Origin: Candidatus Multivoradales bacterium
GTDB lineage: Bacteria; Acidobacteriota; Thermoanaerobaculia; Multivoradales; Multivoraceae
Assembly: GCA_965223325.1 (NCBI GenBank)
Contig: CBDCWI010000002.1
Span: 896,001-960,000, forward strand
Reading direction: 5' to 3'
DNA length: 64,000 bases
The stretch's first letter is position 1. Each line of letters starts with the position of its first letter. Both the position numbers and the translations under genes were made by a program. The notes under the pieces were generated by a model. The model searched no databases. It had not been told where the DNA came from and was given only the letters and a program-made list of their open reading frames with translations. Of this stretch, positions 27,951 through 37,750 are shown piece after piece.

Positions 27951-29174
27951 TCAGCGGCCCTTCGCTGCCACGCGATCGACGGGCGCCAGAGTGTCGATCT
28001 CGATATCCGCAAGATCGAGACGCGCAAAAGCGATGCGCCGCCTTCGATGCGTCCAGGTCAAGAGCGCCTGCCCGGAATGGGGGCCAGCTGCCAAGAGCGC
28101 CGCGGCGGGATAGGAGTACTCACCGGGCTCTACATCGCCATTCGAGGCACTGCCATCGAGGGGATCGTCTTCGAGGGTCACCAGATGTCGCCAGTCGCTG
28201 CCATCGCGAGACACGGCCACGTCGAGCCGCCGGCGTGATCCGCGCCAGCGACCCCGATCACGCTGCAGCGGGTTGTAGACCAGGAGATGGACATCCGGTG
28301 CGATCGTCAACGCTTCGACACCTGCACTGGGATTGGGTAACCCGGTGCTCGCTGGCTCACTCCAGGTTCGGCCGCCGTCACGCGAACGGGTTTCGGCGAT
28401 GACACCGTTCTGACTGCGGTGCAGCGCCAGGAGCGACTGGCACGGAGAGTCGAGACAAAGAAGCGAAGGCTGAATGACCGAGAGACCGTCGCCGCCTGGC
28501 GCGCGAGCCCGGCGCGAGGGGAGGGCTCTGGTCAACTGCCACCGGCGGCCGAGATCAGTACTGAGCTCGAAGTGGCTACGCCAGCCATTGTGCTCGGTAC
28601 TCGAGCCGGCAACCAGGGTGCCATCGGCCAACTCGACCGGATGACTGCGCACCGGACCGAGGGCGCCCGCTTCGAGACGCCGCGGCGCTGACCAGCTGCG
28701 ACCCGAGTCGGGTGACTCCCGGCGCACGCCCCACCAGGTGCGCGGAGACGGACCCACCTTGTAGAACAGAACAAGAGGTGCGCTGCGGTCGCGCGGCTGA
28801 AAAAGCACCGGATTCCAGGTCGGAAAATCTCGCCCGCCTTCGATCCCGGTGGCTACGACCAGAGGAGCCGACCAACGTGCGCTGCCGGGTTCGCGACGCG
28901 CCACCCAGATCGCAACGTCGTCATCGCCCTCGCGCGCCCCGCCGAACCAGGCCACCACCCAGGAGCCATCGACCGCCACAGCAACAGTCGAAGCGTGTGC
29001 CTCGGCAAACGGTGCGCGCTCGAAAACGAAACCGCGCTCGGCGATGATCTCGGATGCGTCAACCGAGGAGAGACCACCGACGAGAAAGAGCAGCAGCATC
29101 AGGCCGAGGCGACGTATGCACAATGCAATTCCACTCCGACTGTATGGCCGCATGAGACTCCCTCGAACGTTCAC
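27951..29174 (-). CDS. BNR/Asp-box sialidase-like (BNR_2) secreted protein
   Basis: AHASTV, AWFGG..EG, WNPVLF, Asp-boxes SPDSGRSW / STDLGRRW / SRDGGRTW / SRDGSDW, LPNPSAG and EYSYP. The true start is probably downstream of 29174. Confidence 0.88.
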   Translation of the reverse strand: MNVRGSLMRPYSRSGIALCIRRLGLMLLLFLVGGLSSVDASEIIAERGFVFERAPFAEAHASTVAVAVDGSWVVAWFGGAREGDDDVAIWVARREPGSARWSAPLVVATGIEGGRDFPTWNPVLFQPRDRSAPLVLFYKVGPSPRTWWGVRRESPDSGRSWSAPRRLEAGALGPVRSHPVELADGTLVAGSSTEHNGWRSHFELSTDLGRRWQLTRALPSRRARAPGGDGLSVIQPSLLCLDSPCQSLLALHRSQNGVIAETRSRDGGRTWSEPASTGLPNPSAGVEALTIAPDVHLLVYNPLQRDRGRWRGSRRRLDVAVSRDGSDWRHLVTLEDDPLDGSASNGDVEPGEYSYPAAALLAAGPHSGQALLTWTHRRRRIAFARLDLADIEIDTLAPVDRVAAKGR

Positions 29175-29217
29175 ATTGTTCCGCGCGGTGGACTGAACGC
29201 TCAGACTCTACCGGGAG

Positions 29218-30312
29218 TCAGAAGCGGTCTGCGGTCCAGAAACCGAACTGCGCGCGCGGAAAGGCTGCTTCGAGCAACTCAATGTGGAGAGCGCCCATCA
29301 CGTCTCGGTCGTCCATCGAAGAACCGAGTGTGACCGTTGAATCGAGGAGTCGCGCACGCAGCGATGCTTCATCGAGCACCCGCAACATCCAGGTCGACGA
29401 TCCCTCTTCTCCACTCGTGCCTCCGAGCCACTCGCCACCGAGACGCTCAACCGCCAGCTCGAGACGTTCGTCCTCGATGCCCGCCGGCACGCGCGCCGGC
29501 TGAATGGCACCTTGGGTCGCTAGAACGATGAGCTCTGCAGCAGCCTCACACGGGCCGTTGGCTCGCTCTGCCGTGCGCGTCTCGCCCGAGTCGCTCGGGA
29601 GGTCGTCGTAACCCCACTCGAGGAGGTGGAGCGAGCCGTAGAGTTCGGCCGCTCGCAGGTAGGCGACGATCCGCCGGTCGTCGACCGCGACGGTCATGCG
29701 CTCTCCCGCGGCAACACCGTGCTCGAGGCCAGTAGCCCAGTCTGCCGCATCGCGCACAACGGTGCCCGGGAAGCGATTCGAGTATGAATCCCCGATGCGC
29801 CGTACAGCTGCGCTGTCGAACTCGAGATCGAGTGGACGAAGGTCGAAATGCGACCAGGACGGTAACGTCGCCGGGGCACAGGCAAGCCGGCGGTGACCGC
29901 GACACCAGGCAACCCAGCCGAGTTGCTCATAAAACCCCACCTTGGCCGCTACCAGGGCCGAGACCTCGAAGCCGCGATCGCTCATCTCATCGATCGCCAC
30001 CTCGAGCAGGCGCGTCGCCAGGCCCGAGGAGCGCCTGGAGGCATGCGTGAACACCGTTCCGATCCCACCGGCGGGAATGCTCACGGAATCACGTGCGGCG
30101 CCGCCGGTGCGCAATCGGCGAGGAAAAATCTGCACACACGCCATGAGAGTTCCAGCCTCTTCGGCCACCAGCACGTTGCGCGGTGTGTAGCTCGGATCGT
30201 GTTCCAGGTAGGGCCCAAAGACCTCGAGCGCCGACTCTCCGTGGCGGAATGGCCAGTTCGCCAACAGCTCGAGGAGACGCGGCTCCTCACCCGCACGGAG
30301 GTGCCGGATCAC
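29218..30312 (-). CDS. GNAT family N-acetyltransferase (Eis-like N-terminus)
   Basis: GGIGTVFTHASRRSSGLATRLL and FYEQLGW motifs. GTG start at 30312. Confidence 0.85.
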   Translation of the reverse strand: MIRHLRAGEEPRLLELLANWPFRHGESALEVFGPYLEHDPSYTPRNVLVAEEAGTLMACVQIFPRRLRTGGAARDSVSIPAGGIGTVFTHASRRSSGLATRLLEVAIDEMSDRGFEVSALVAAKVGFYEQLGWVAWCRGHRRLACAPATLPSWSHFDLRPLDLEFDSAAVRRIGDSYSNRFPGTVVRDAADWATGLEHGVAAGERMTVAVDDRRIVAYLRAAELYGSLHLLEWGYDDLPSDSGETRTAERANGPCEAAAELIVLATQGAIQPARVPAGIEDERLELAVERLGGEWLGGTSGEEGSSTWMLRVLDEASLRARLLDSTVTLGSSMDDRDVMGALHIELLEAAFPRAQFGFWTADRF

Positions 30313-30461
30313 GGCGCCGCCGGAGTTGGAACCTGTTCTCTTCCCTGGCGTTCCCACGGCCCGTGACGATAGCAGCGCCCCTCTGCTTCCGCACGGAAAG
30401 GTATCTCCGCACGGAAAGTTTCCGGTCAAAGGGCTGCCCCAGAGAGCTCGCAGACAACGGC

Positions 30462-30506
30462 CAAAAGCGAAGACCGACCCGGGCGGTGTCGCGCCGCCCG
30501 GATCGG
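30462..30506 (-). terminator. probable intrinsic terminator
   Basis: GC hairpin CCGACCCGGGCGG / CCGCCCGGATCGG just after the stop at 30516, followed on the minus strand by TCTTCGCTTTT. Confidence 0.55.
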
Positions 30507-30515
30507 ATGTGGTCG

Positions 30516-30950
30516 TCAATCGGCGGTCGACGGCATGATGCGAATGATGCCCTTGAAACGGAAGGTCTCTGGATCGATCAGCTGCCCCTCCTCGTGGACC
30601 TGTGCGCCCTCGAGGTAGCCGCTGGTGATCGGACCGTTCATCACCACCCGACCTGTCTTCGTGTGCAGCGTCCCCTTGAGAGTCGCCTCGAAGGAGCGGT
30701 CGCCGGCATCGACGATGCTCCATCGAAACCGCACATGCCAGATCGGTCCGGTGACCTTGAGGCTGAGCAGCTCGGTCTCGAGGTTCCCGTCGATATCGCC
30801 TTCGACGGTGCCTTCCCAAATAGTCTCTGCGATGGCGGTCTTGTCGAACACCAGGTAGAGCGGTTCATCGGCAACCGCGGCAGTCGAAGAAAGGGCGAGA
30901 AGAAGCAGGCAGACAAAAGAGAGCAGCGAGATCTGACGAAGTGACTTCAT
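30516..30950 (-). CDS. small secreted beta-rich hypothetical protein
   Basis: Signal peptide MKSLRQISLLSFVCLLLLALSSTAAVA followed by an alternating beta-strand pattern. GGGAG RBS. Confidence 0.75.
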   Translation of the reverse strand: MKSLRQISLLSFVCLLLLALSSTAAVADEPLYLVFDKTAIAETIWEGTVEGDIDGNLETELLSLKVTGPIWHVRFRWSIVDAGDRSFEATLKGTLHTKTGRVVMNGPITSGYLEGAQVHEEGQLIDPETFRFKGIIRIMPSTAD

Positions 30951-31209
30951 GTTGGGTCTCCCATAACCTTGGTGGTGAGGTCTGAGCCTCGAGACCGGTC
31001 CAGGCCGGCAGCGAGAAGAAGAGCAACAGCGATGCCACACCCCGCTAACCAGACCGCAACGGGGAGAGCAGAGGTGCCGGGTCACGACGTACGAAAACCC
31101 GCCAACTCGAGTTGGCGCTCCGACGGCCTTCGGTTGGCACCTTCGAGTCTCCGGGGCGTGACGATAGGGTGGGCGCGAGAACCCACAAACGCAACCCGGA
31201 ACTGCTCTC

Positions 31210-33276
31210 ATGACCGCTCTTGAAAGAACCGTCAGGACTCTCGTGCTGGTCGTCTTCGCTTTCTCCATCGCCGAAGCAACCAGCGCCTCGTCGTTCCGCC
31301 AGCAGGTCCGTGTCCATGGCAACGGAGATCCGTCGTGGCCAGAGGAAGTGACCGCGGTCGCGCTTTTGCCCGACGGGCAGGTCGCGGTGGCGACACCGCA
31401 AGGGACATTCCTGTCGACGCCCGGAACGTTCAAGGTCACTCTCCACAACACCGTTCCGGTCGCACCCAGCCCGCCAGCAGAGCTCGACCCAGCGGCCCGG
31501 TTGGCCTTCGAAACCGTTTTGCCGATGGCGGCGCTCGATGACTCGACATCGTTCCTGGCCCACGACCGCGCTGGCAGAACCTGGCTCGCTTCCCGCAACG
31601 GCCTCGCCGTCTATGAGCCAGAGACCTACGCGGCAAGGCTCTGGCGGGGCGCCGATGGCTTGCCGTGGAACGAGTTCACCGCCATCGCCGCCGCGCCCGA
31701 CGGCACGATGTGGTTCGGTACAACCCGCGGCCTGATTCATTTCGACCTCGATACCCTTACCTGGGAGTACCGCCAGGGGCCACGCTGGCTGCCCGGCGAT
31801 CACGTCACCAGCCTGGTGGTCGATGGCGAAGGCAGCGTGTGGGCAGCCACCGACGGTGGCCTCGGGCTCATCCGTCACGTGCCGATGACCCTGGCGCAGA
31901 AGGCGGCGCACTTCAACGACCAGATCGAGGCTTTTCACAAGCGCACCCCCTACGGCTACGTCGATGCGGTAACCGTGCCAGCCCCCGGGGACCTGACGCG
32001 GCCCGAATTGATCGAGCAACACTCGAGCGACAACGACGGCTTGTGGACGTCGATGTACGGCGCCGCGCAGTGCTTTGCCACCGCGGCTACCGGCGACCCG
32101 AAAGCCGAGGAGCGTGCCCACCGAGCGTTCGAAGCCCTTCGTTTCCTTGGCACCGTGACCCAGGGGGGGTCCCATCCGGCACCGCCCGGCTTTGTCGCCC
32201 GATCGATTCTGCCCACCAGCGGCCGCGACCCGAATCCCGGCCGCGTCGAAACCGATCGCCGCAAACGAGTCGAGGATCGTTTGTGGAAATCCATCACGCC
32301 GCGCTGGCCGATTGACGAGAGCGGCAGGTGGTACTGGAAGACTGACACGTCATCCGACGAACTCGACGGCCACTACTTCTTCTACGCCCTCTACTACGAC
32401 CTGGTGGCCAAGAGCGAAGCCGAGCGCGCCGCGGTGCGAGGCGTCGTCACCAGCATTACCGATCACCTCCTGGCCCACGACGGTTCGCTGGTCGATCACG
32501 ACGGCAAACAGACCCGCTGGGCAGTGTTCGGACCCGATGACCTCAATCTCGACAAGAACTGGTGGGGAGAACGCGGCCTGAATTCGCTCTCCTTCCTGTC
32601 GTACCTACGGGTGGCAGAGCACATGAGCGGTGACCCAGCCTACGGCGCAGCGGCCGAGGAACTGATGGAGAAACACGGCTACGCCGCCAACGCCCGCGTT
32701 CCCAAGATCCACCTCGGCCCCGGCACCGGCAACCATTCCGACGACGAGATGGGCTTCATGTCGCTCTATGGGCTCCTGCGCTACGAGCGCGACCCCGAAC
32801 TTCGCCAGCTGTGGGCACACACCCTCCACCGCTACTGGCTGCTCGAACAGCGCGAACGCAACCCGCTCTTCGACTTGATGTACGCCGCCTTGATCGAGGG
32901 CGAGGTCTACGAAGACGCCTTCGAGCGCGGCACGCTCTTAAACCCCGAGCATGATCCGGTCGCCGCGGCGCTCGACTCGCTCGAGCGCTACCCCCTCGAC
33001 CGATTCGATTGGCCACTTCGGAACTCGCATCGTCTCGACATTCAGCCGCTCTACGACCTCGAACGAGGGGCCTGGAGCCCTCAACGCGGTTTTATGCGTG
33101 GAAGGCATGCCGAAGGCCGCGTGCTGCCGATCGACGAGCGCTTCGTAGGCCACTGGAACCATGACCCGTGGCGCCTCGACTACAACGGCTCGGGACGACG
33201 GCTGGCTGACGGTGCCTCGTTTCTCTTGCCCTACTACCTCGGCCTCTACCACCGGTTGATCGAGCCGACGCTCTGA
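31210..33276 (+). CDS. secreted protein with regulator-propeller repeats and an acidic/aromatic helical domain (function unknown)
   Basis: Signal peptide and repeats GLPWNEFTAIAAAPDGTMWFGTTRG and WLPGDHVTSLVVDGEGSVWAATDGG. SDNDGLWT and WKTDTSSDELDGH follow. Confidence 0.8.
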   Translation: MTALERTVRTLVLVVFAFSIAEATSASSFRQQVRVHGNGDPSWPEEVTAVALLPDGQVAVATPQGTFLSTPGTFKVTLHNTVPVAPSPPAELDPAARLAFETVLPMAALDDSTSFLAHDRAGRTWLASRNGLAVYEPETYAARLWRGADGLPWNEFTAIAAAPDGTMWFGTTRGLIHFDLDTLTWEYRQGPRWLPGDHVTSLVVDGEGSVWAATDGGLGLIRHVPMTLAQKAAHFNDQIEAFHKRTPYGYVDAVTVPAPGDLTRPELIEQHSSDNDGLWTSMYGAAQCFATAATGDPKAEERAHRAFEALRFLGTVTQGGSHPAPPGFVARSILPTSGRDPNPGRVETDRRKRVEDRLWKSITPRWPIDESGRWYWKTDTSSDELDGHYFFYALYYDLVAKSEAERAAVRGVVTSITDHLLAHDGSLVDHDGKQTRWAVFGPDDLNLDKNWWGERGLNSLSFLSYLRVAEHMSGDPAYGAAAEELMEKHGYAANARVPKIHLGPGTGNHSDDEMGFMSLYGLLRYERDPELRQLWAHTLHRYWLLEQRERNPLFDLMYAALIEGEVYEDAFERGTLLNPEHDPVAAALDSLERYPLDRFDWPLRNSHRLDIQPLYDLERGAWSPQRGFMRGRHAEGRVLPIDERFVGHWNHDPWRLDYNGSGRRLADGASFLLPYYLGLYHRLIEPTL

Positions 33277-33286
33277 CCACCCGCCC

Positions 33287-34129
33287 ATGAACAGCCGACA
33301 TCCACCGCCACCACGAACGGCGCTTCAGCTCTATAGCGTGCGCGACGCCTTCGAGGCGAATCCTGAGGCCACGCTGTCACGCATCGGTGCTCTGGGTTTC
33401 GAGGCCGTCGAGTGGTTTGGTGACCTGCGGGGAAGAAGCCCCGGGCAGTGGCGCGACACCTTGCGCGCCGCGGGTCTCGAGATGGTCGCGGCGCACGTCC
33501 CTTTCAAAACGCTGACCTCGGGTTCCGACCTTGGCCCGCTGCTCGACAGCTACCTGACGATGGGGTGTTCACACCTCGTGTGCCCATACCTCGACGAAGC
33601 CGAGCGCGCGCTCGGCTACAACGTGGTCGGCCGACGACTCGACCTGGCGGCGTACCAGCTGCAAAGTGCGGGGTTTCGGCTGTCGTACCACCACCACGAT
33701 TTCGAGTTCGCGAACAACCAGGACGGCCTCGCCACCATTCTCCAGCAGGCTTCGACCAGCAACCTGGGTGCCGAACTGGACGTCTTCTGGCTGGCCTGGG
33801 CAAACCAGGACATACAGGAGACCATCGAACGCATCTCGGGGCTCGCCGGCGGCATTCCTCTCGTCCATCTCAAAGATGGCGTCTTGTCCAAAGGGCGTTC
33901 CTTCGCCTATCCGGAGATGCCCTTCCGCGCCCTCGGCGAAGGCGAACTCAATCTCGACACGATCGTGGCGACCAGCTTCGAACGCGGCGCCGAAACGATG
34001 ATCGTCGAGCAGGACTTCTTCAGTGAGAACGACGACCCCCTGACCGTCGTCGGTCGTAGCCTTCGTTCCCTCGAGGCTCTGCCAGCCTTCGAGCGGTGGA
34101 ACCCTCCCAGCGAGGTTGAAACCACGTGA
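33287..34129 (+). CDS. sugar phosphate isomerase/epimerase (xylose isomerase-like TIM barrel)
   Basis: ALQLYSVRD, YHHHDFEF, ELDVFW, VHLKD, LGEG and IVEQD motifs. Confidence 0.9.
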   Translation: MNSRHPPPPRTALQLYSVRDAFEANPEATLSRIGALGFEAVEWFGDLRGRSPGQWRDTLRAAGLEMVAAHVPFKTLTSGSDLGPLLDSYLTMGCSHLVCPYLDEAERALGYNVVGRRLDLAAYQLQSAGFRLSYHHHDFEFANNQDGLATILQQASTSNLGAELDVFWLAWANQDIQETIERISGLAGGIPLVHLKDGVLSKGRSFAYPEMPFRALGEGELNLDTIVATSFERGAETMIVEQDFFSENDDPLTVVGRSLRSLEALPAFERWNPPSEVETT

Positions 34130-35736
34130 CCGGCTCCGCCCTGGCCGGCATCGACCTGGCCATCGTCTTGTTCTACCTCGCCGGCACGCTGGCACTTGGC
34201 CTCCTGTTCAGCCGCTGGGTGAAGACCTCCGGCGACTTCTTCCTCGGTGGCCGCGCCCTTCCCTTCTGGGCGGTTGGCATGTCGATCGTCGTGTCCGACA
34301 TTGGCGCCACCGATTTCATCGCCGTCGCCGGCGGCACCTACTCCTATGGGCTGGCGCAGGCCAACTTCGACTGGCTGGGCTCGATGCCGGCACTCTTGAT
34401 CGCAGCGTTCCTGTTCGTGCCGTACTACTGGCGTGCCGGTGTCTTCACCGTGCCCGAATTTCTCGGGCGTCGTTTTGGCGGCTCGGTACAAACCTTTATG
34501 GCCGTGTGCTGGGGGCTGATCCTGGTGATGAACCTCGGGATCATGCTGCACGCCACCGCCATTCTCCTGCGCGGCGTGCTCGGCTGGCCGCCTGTGGTTT
34601 CGATCTGGGTGACCGCCCTGATCGTAGGCGTCTACGCCCTGGGAGGCGGCCTGACAGCCGTCGTTCTCACTGATGTTCTGCAGTTGGTGGTGATGTTCAT
34701 CGGCGGTGCCGCGCTGGTCGTGCGGGTGCTCTGGGAAGTCGGCGGCCCGGGTGCACTCCGCGAACAGGTGCTAGCGCGAGGGCCGGAGTTCGCCGACCAC
34801 TTCTCGCTCTACCTTCCGCACGACTCACCGACACCCTTTCCCTGGAGCGGCATCGTCCTGGGGCTCGGCATCGTGCTTTCGACCGCCTACTTCACCGGCA
34901 ACCAGGCCGTCGTGCAACGCGCTCTGGGTGCCCGCAGTGAGTGGGATGCGCGCGCCGGTGTCTTGTTGGCGGGCTTTCTCAAGCTCTTCATTCCGCTTCT
35001 GGTTGCCCTCCCCGGCCTGGCAGCGGTGGTTCTCCTGCCGGAGCTCCGTGTTGCCGACGAATCTGTGCCCACCCTGATTCGCGAGCTGCTTCCCGCTGGG
35101 CTGCGCGGATTGATGTTTGCCGCCTTCCTCGCCGCGCTCATGTCGAGCGTCGATTCGAGTCTCAACTCGGCGACCACGCTGTGGGTGCACGACATCCTGG
35201 TCAGGATCCGCCAGGCGCTTGGCTTCTCGACCAGCGAGCGCGCTCAATTGCGCATCGGCCGGGCGCTCGGGTTCGTTCTGCTGGTGGCCGCGGGTCTCTT
35301 GGTTCCCACCATTGAAGCGCGCTTTTCAAACATCTACAACGCCATTCAAAGTGTGTTCTCGCTCATTCAAGGCCCCAGTCTTGCCATTCTGCTCCTGGGG
35401 CTGGGCTGGCGACGGGCCAATAGCACCGGCGCCTTGTCTGGGCTGCTCACCGGGGTCTCGTTCTGCGTGGTGCTCAATACGCGCGCCATGGAAGGCCTGT
35501 TCACATCAGCCGAACCGTTCCTGTTCGTCGCCTGGTGGTCTTTCGTACTGACGCTCCTGGTCACCGTCGTCGTGAGTCTCCTGACGCCGCCGCCGCCGCC
35601 CGAGCGGCTCCACGGCCTCGTGTGGCGCGACGTCACCTCGAATGCAGAGATCCAGGCTGCGCTGCGTAGCCGCTTGCCCAGTCGCCTGGCCGCTCTGAAC
35701 GAACCCGCCCAGGACGGCGCCTCGCAGGGCACGTGA
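34126..35736 (+). CDS. sodium:solute symporter (SSS family)
   Basis: DFFLGGR, TVPEFLGRRFG, GGLTAVVLTDVLQ, NQAVVQRAL and AALMSSVDSSLNS motifs. Confidence 0.93.
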   Translation: MTGSALAGIDLAIVLFYLAGTLALGLLFSRWVKTSGDFFLGGRALPFWAVGMSIVVSDIGATDFIAVAGGTYSYGLAQANFDWLGSMPALLIAAFLFVPYYWRAGVFTVPEFLGRRFGGSVQTFMAVCWGLILVMNLGIMLHATAILLRGVLGWPPVVSIWVTALIVGVYALGGGLTAVVLTDVLQLVVMFIGGAALVVRVLWEVGGPGALREQVLARGPEFADHFSLYLPHDSPTPFPWSGIVLGLGIVLSTAYFTGNQAVVQRALGARSEWDARAGVLLAGFLKLFIPLLVALPGLAAVVLLPELRVADESVPTLIRELLPAGLRGLMFAAFLAALMSSVDSSLNSATTLWVHDILVRIRQALGFSTSERAQLRIGRALGFVLLVAAGLLVPTIEARFSNIYNAIQSVFSLIQGPSLAILLLGLGWRRANSTGALSGLLTGVSFCVVLNTRAMEGLFTSAEPFLFVAWWSFVLTLLVTVVVSLLTPPPPPERLHGLVWRDVTSNAEIQAALRSRLPSRLAALNEPAQDGASQGT

Positions 35737-35984
35737 TGGAGGCTCTGCGCACCCTGCTCGAGGCTTTCTTCGGTCCCTTCGATCGAGCACTCCTGTCGCT
35801 TCCCCTCTGGGTCGCACGGTTCTCGGCGGTGCTCTTGTTGCTGGTGCCGGCGCTGTGGGTTGCACTCCGGTCTGAGCGCTCCGTCGTCATGCGTGGTGCG
35901 CCTGATGATTCTCGCTGGCGTGACTTGCGCCTCTGGGCCATCCTGGTCACCTTGCCCTACGTCCTGATCTACCTCCTTTTGTGA
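35736..35984 (+). CDS. small membrane protein
   Basis: Two hydrophobic helices around a WRDLRLWA motif. Overlaps the SSS stop codon. Confidence 0.7.
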   Translation: MEALRTLLEAFFGPFDRALLSLPLWVARFSAVLLLLVPALWVALRSERSVVMRGAPDDSRWRDLRLWAILVTLPYVLIYLLL

Positions 35985-36037
35985 AACTCGTCTTTGTAGG
36001 CCGTCTAGGAGACAGAACCGCAAACCTGTGAGACCGC

Positions 36038-36253
36038 ATGAGCACCGAACAACGAAACCAGCACCAGGCACGTGACAAGACGACCCTGCACGCTTTGGCG
36101 GTCTTTCTGCTGGTCCTCGGTCTCCTGGTGGCGCTCGGTGGTTTGACGGCCGAGCTCCCCATCGACCGTTGGCTGGCGCTGGCTTCGGGGGGCACGCTCT
36201 CCGCCGTCGCCGGACTGTTCATCTGGTTCGGCGGCCGAAGACGGTTGTCATGA
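36038..36253 (+). CDS. small two-TM membrane protein
   Basis: 71 aa with two hydrophobic stretches. ATGA overlap with the next gene. Confidence 0.65.
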   Translation: MSTEQRNQHQARDKTTLHALAVFLLVLGLLVALGGLTAELPIDRWLALASGGTLSAVAGLFIWFGGRRRLS

Positions 36254-36873
36254 GCGAGGCGCGGGCGTTCGGCTCGGCCATGACGCCGTTGGTCGATCGA
36301 TCATCGGCACTCGCCAGACTGGCCAGGCGCTCACCGGTGGAGCGACTGCTCGGCCGGCGAGGGCGCGATCCGGCAACAGGACGGTCTCACCTCGAACTCC
36401 TGTGGACGCCGCGCTACGTCGCACGCGTCTGTTTTGGCAGTGCGTCTCCACTCTCGCTCTCTGTGTGCGGGTTGATGGGCACCGCGGTTCGCCTCGCTCC
36501 CGAGGTGGAAGCCCTTGCGATGGACTCCAGCCCCCCCGCCGCGCCAACACTCGATGGTGAGGTTCTCGCAAGCGCCGTCGACCGGAACATCGCCGAACAG
36601 GCGGCGCGCCGCTTCGCGCTTCACACCCTGGCCGTCTTTCGCCGGCGCGACGATGAGGTCGCAGGAGTCGAGCTCTTTCCGCGCTTGTGGCCCTTGTGGC
36701 GTGAGATCGTCGAACGACGCAACGGAACCTGTGACCTCCGTCTGCTCGACGCCGTCACCGGTCAGCCGGCGGGAACCGCCGCCCGACATGCCGTCCTGCG
36801 CGCCTTTGCGCGGAACCTCCAAGAAGGTCCTCGGCTTCGAGGAGCCGACCGCACTATGATCCGCAGATCATGA
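36250..36873 (+). CDS. hypothetical protein
   Basis: Fills the operon gap with ATGA overlaps at both ends. No recognisable motif. Confidence 0.55.
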   Translation: MSEARAFGSAMTPLVDRSSALARLARRSPVERLLGRRGRDPATGRSHLELLWTPRYVARVCFGSASPLSLSVCGLMGTAVRLAPEVEALAMDSSPPAAPTLDGEVLASAVDRNIAEQAARRFALHTLAVFRRRDDEVAGVELFPRLWPLWREIVERRNGTCDLRLLDAVTGQPAGTAARHAVLRAFARNLQEGPRLRGADRTMIRRS

Positions 36874-37343
36874 CGCAGAAGAGAGAAAGCAGCCTCGAGA
36901 AGTTGCTGCATGGCACCTGGCCGGACCTCGGTCTCCTCATCCTGCGCCTGGCGATCGGCGCCAGCATGGCCTTCCTGCACGGATGGGGAAAGATCTCCGG
37001 TGGTCCCGCGCGCTGGGAACGCATTGGCCAGGCGATGGGCAACCTGGGGATCGACTTCGCGCCAGTCTTCTGGGGGTTCATGGCAGGTTTCGCCGAGTTC
37101 TTCTGTTCGCTGCTGTTGATGGTCGGCCTGGCGTTTCGGCCGGCGGCCTTCATGCTGGCGTTCACGATGTTCGTCGCCGGCCTGATGCACCTCAACATGC
37201 CGCCCGAAAACGACAACGCCGGCTTGCTCGGGGCCTCGCACGCCCTCGAGTTGATGGCGGTCTACATCGCCCTCTTCTTCATAGGTCCAGGTCGCTACAG
37301 CCTGAGCACCTGGTTACACAACAGAAGGTCCTCCGGGAGGTAA
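36870..37343 (+). CDS. DoxX family membrane protein
   Basis: DLGLLILRL, HGWGKI, AEFFCSLLLMVGL and GPGRYSL motifs. Confidence 0.9.
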   Translation: MTQKRESSLEKLLHGTWPDLGLLILRLAIGASMAFLHGWGKISGGPARWERIGQAMGNLGIDFAPVFWGFMAGFAEFFCSLLLMVGLAFRPAAFMLAFTMFVAGLMHLNMPPENDNAGLLGASHALELMAVYIALFFIGPGRYSLSTWLHNRRSSGR

Positions 37344-37351
37344 CCGAACCC

Positions 37352-37750
37352 ATGACTGTGACACGCGGAATCAAGCAGCTGGTCGCCGACGCCATGGAAC
37401 GAATCGAGACTCTCGATCCCGCTGCCGCTAGTGTTCTCCTGGAGTCTGGCGAGGCGATGGTTGTCGACCTACGCGACATCCGCGAGCTCGGTCGGGAAGG
37501 ACGCATCGTTGGCTCGGTGCACGCCCCGCGCGGCATGTTGGAGTTCTGGGTCGACCCCGACAGCCCGTACCACAAGCCGATCTTGGCAACCGAGAAGAAG
37601 CTGGTCCTGCACTGTGCGAGCGGCTGGCGCAGCGCACTCGCTGCCCAGACTCTCCTCGATATGGGGCTCGGTAATGTCGCCCACATTGGCGGCGGCTTCA
37701 AAGCCTGGCGCGAAGCCGGTCTGCCAACAGAAGAACTGCCACCCTCTTGA
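37352..37750 (+). CDS. rhodanese-like sulfurtransferase
   Basis: VVDLRDIRE, HAPRGMLEFWVDP, active-site HCASGWRS and GGFKAW. Confidence 0.92.
   Translation: MTVTRGIKQLVADAMERIETLDPAAASVLLESGEAMVVDLRDIRELGREGRIVGSVHAPRGMLEFWVDPDSPYHKPILATEKKLVLHCASGWRSALAAQTLLDMGLGNVAHIGGGFKAWREAGLPTEELPPS

Noticed and set aside
31072-31142. tRNA gene
   Set aside because: No GTTCRA T-loop, no 7-nt anticodon loop and no CCA on either strand.
29218-31598. Long N-terminal extensions of the 533-aa and 360-aa ORFs
   Set aside because: The extensions are low-complexity read-through of other genes or intergenic DNA. The real starts are about 30312 and 30950.
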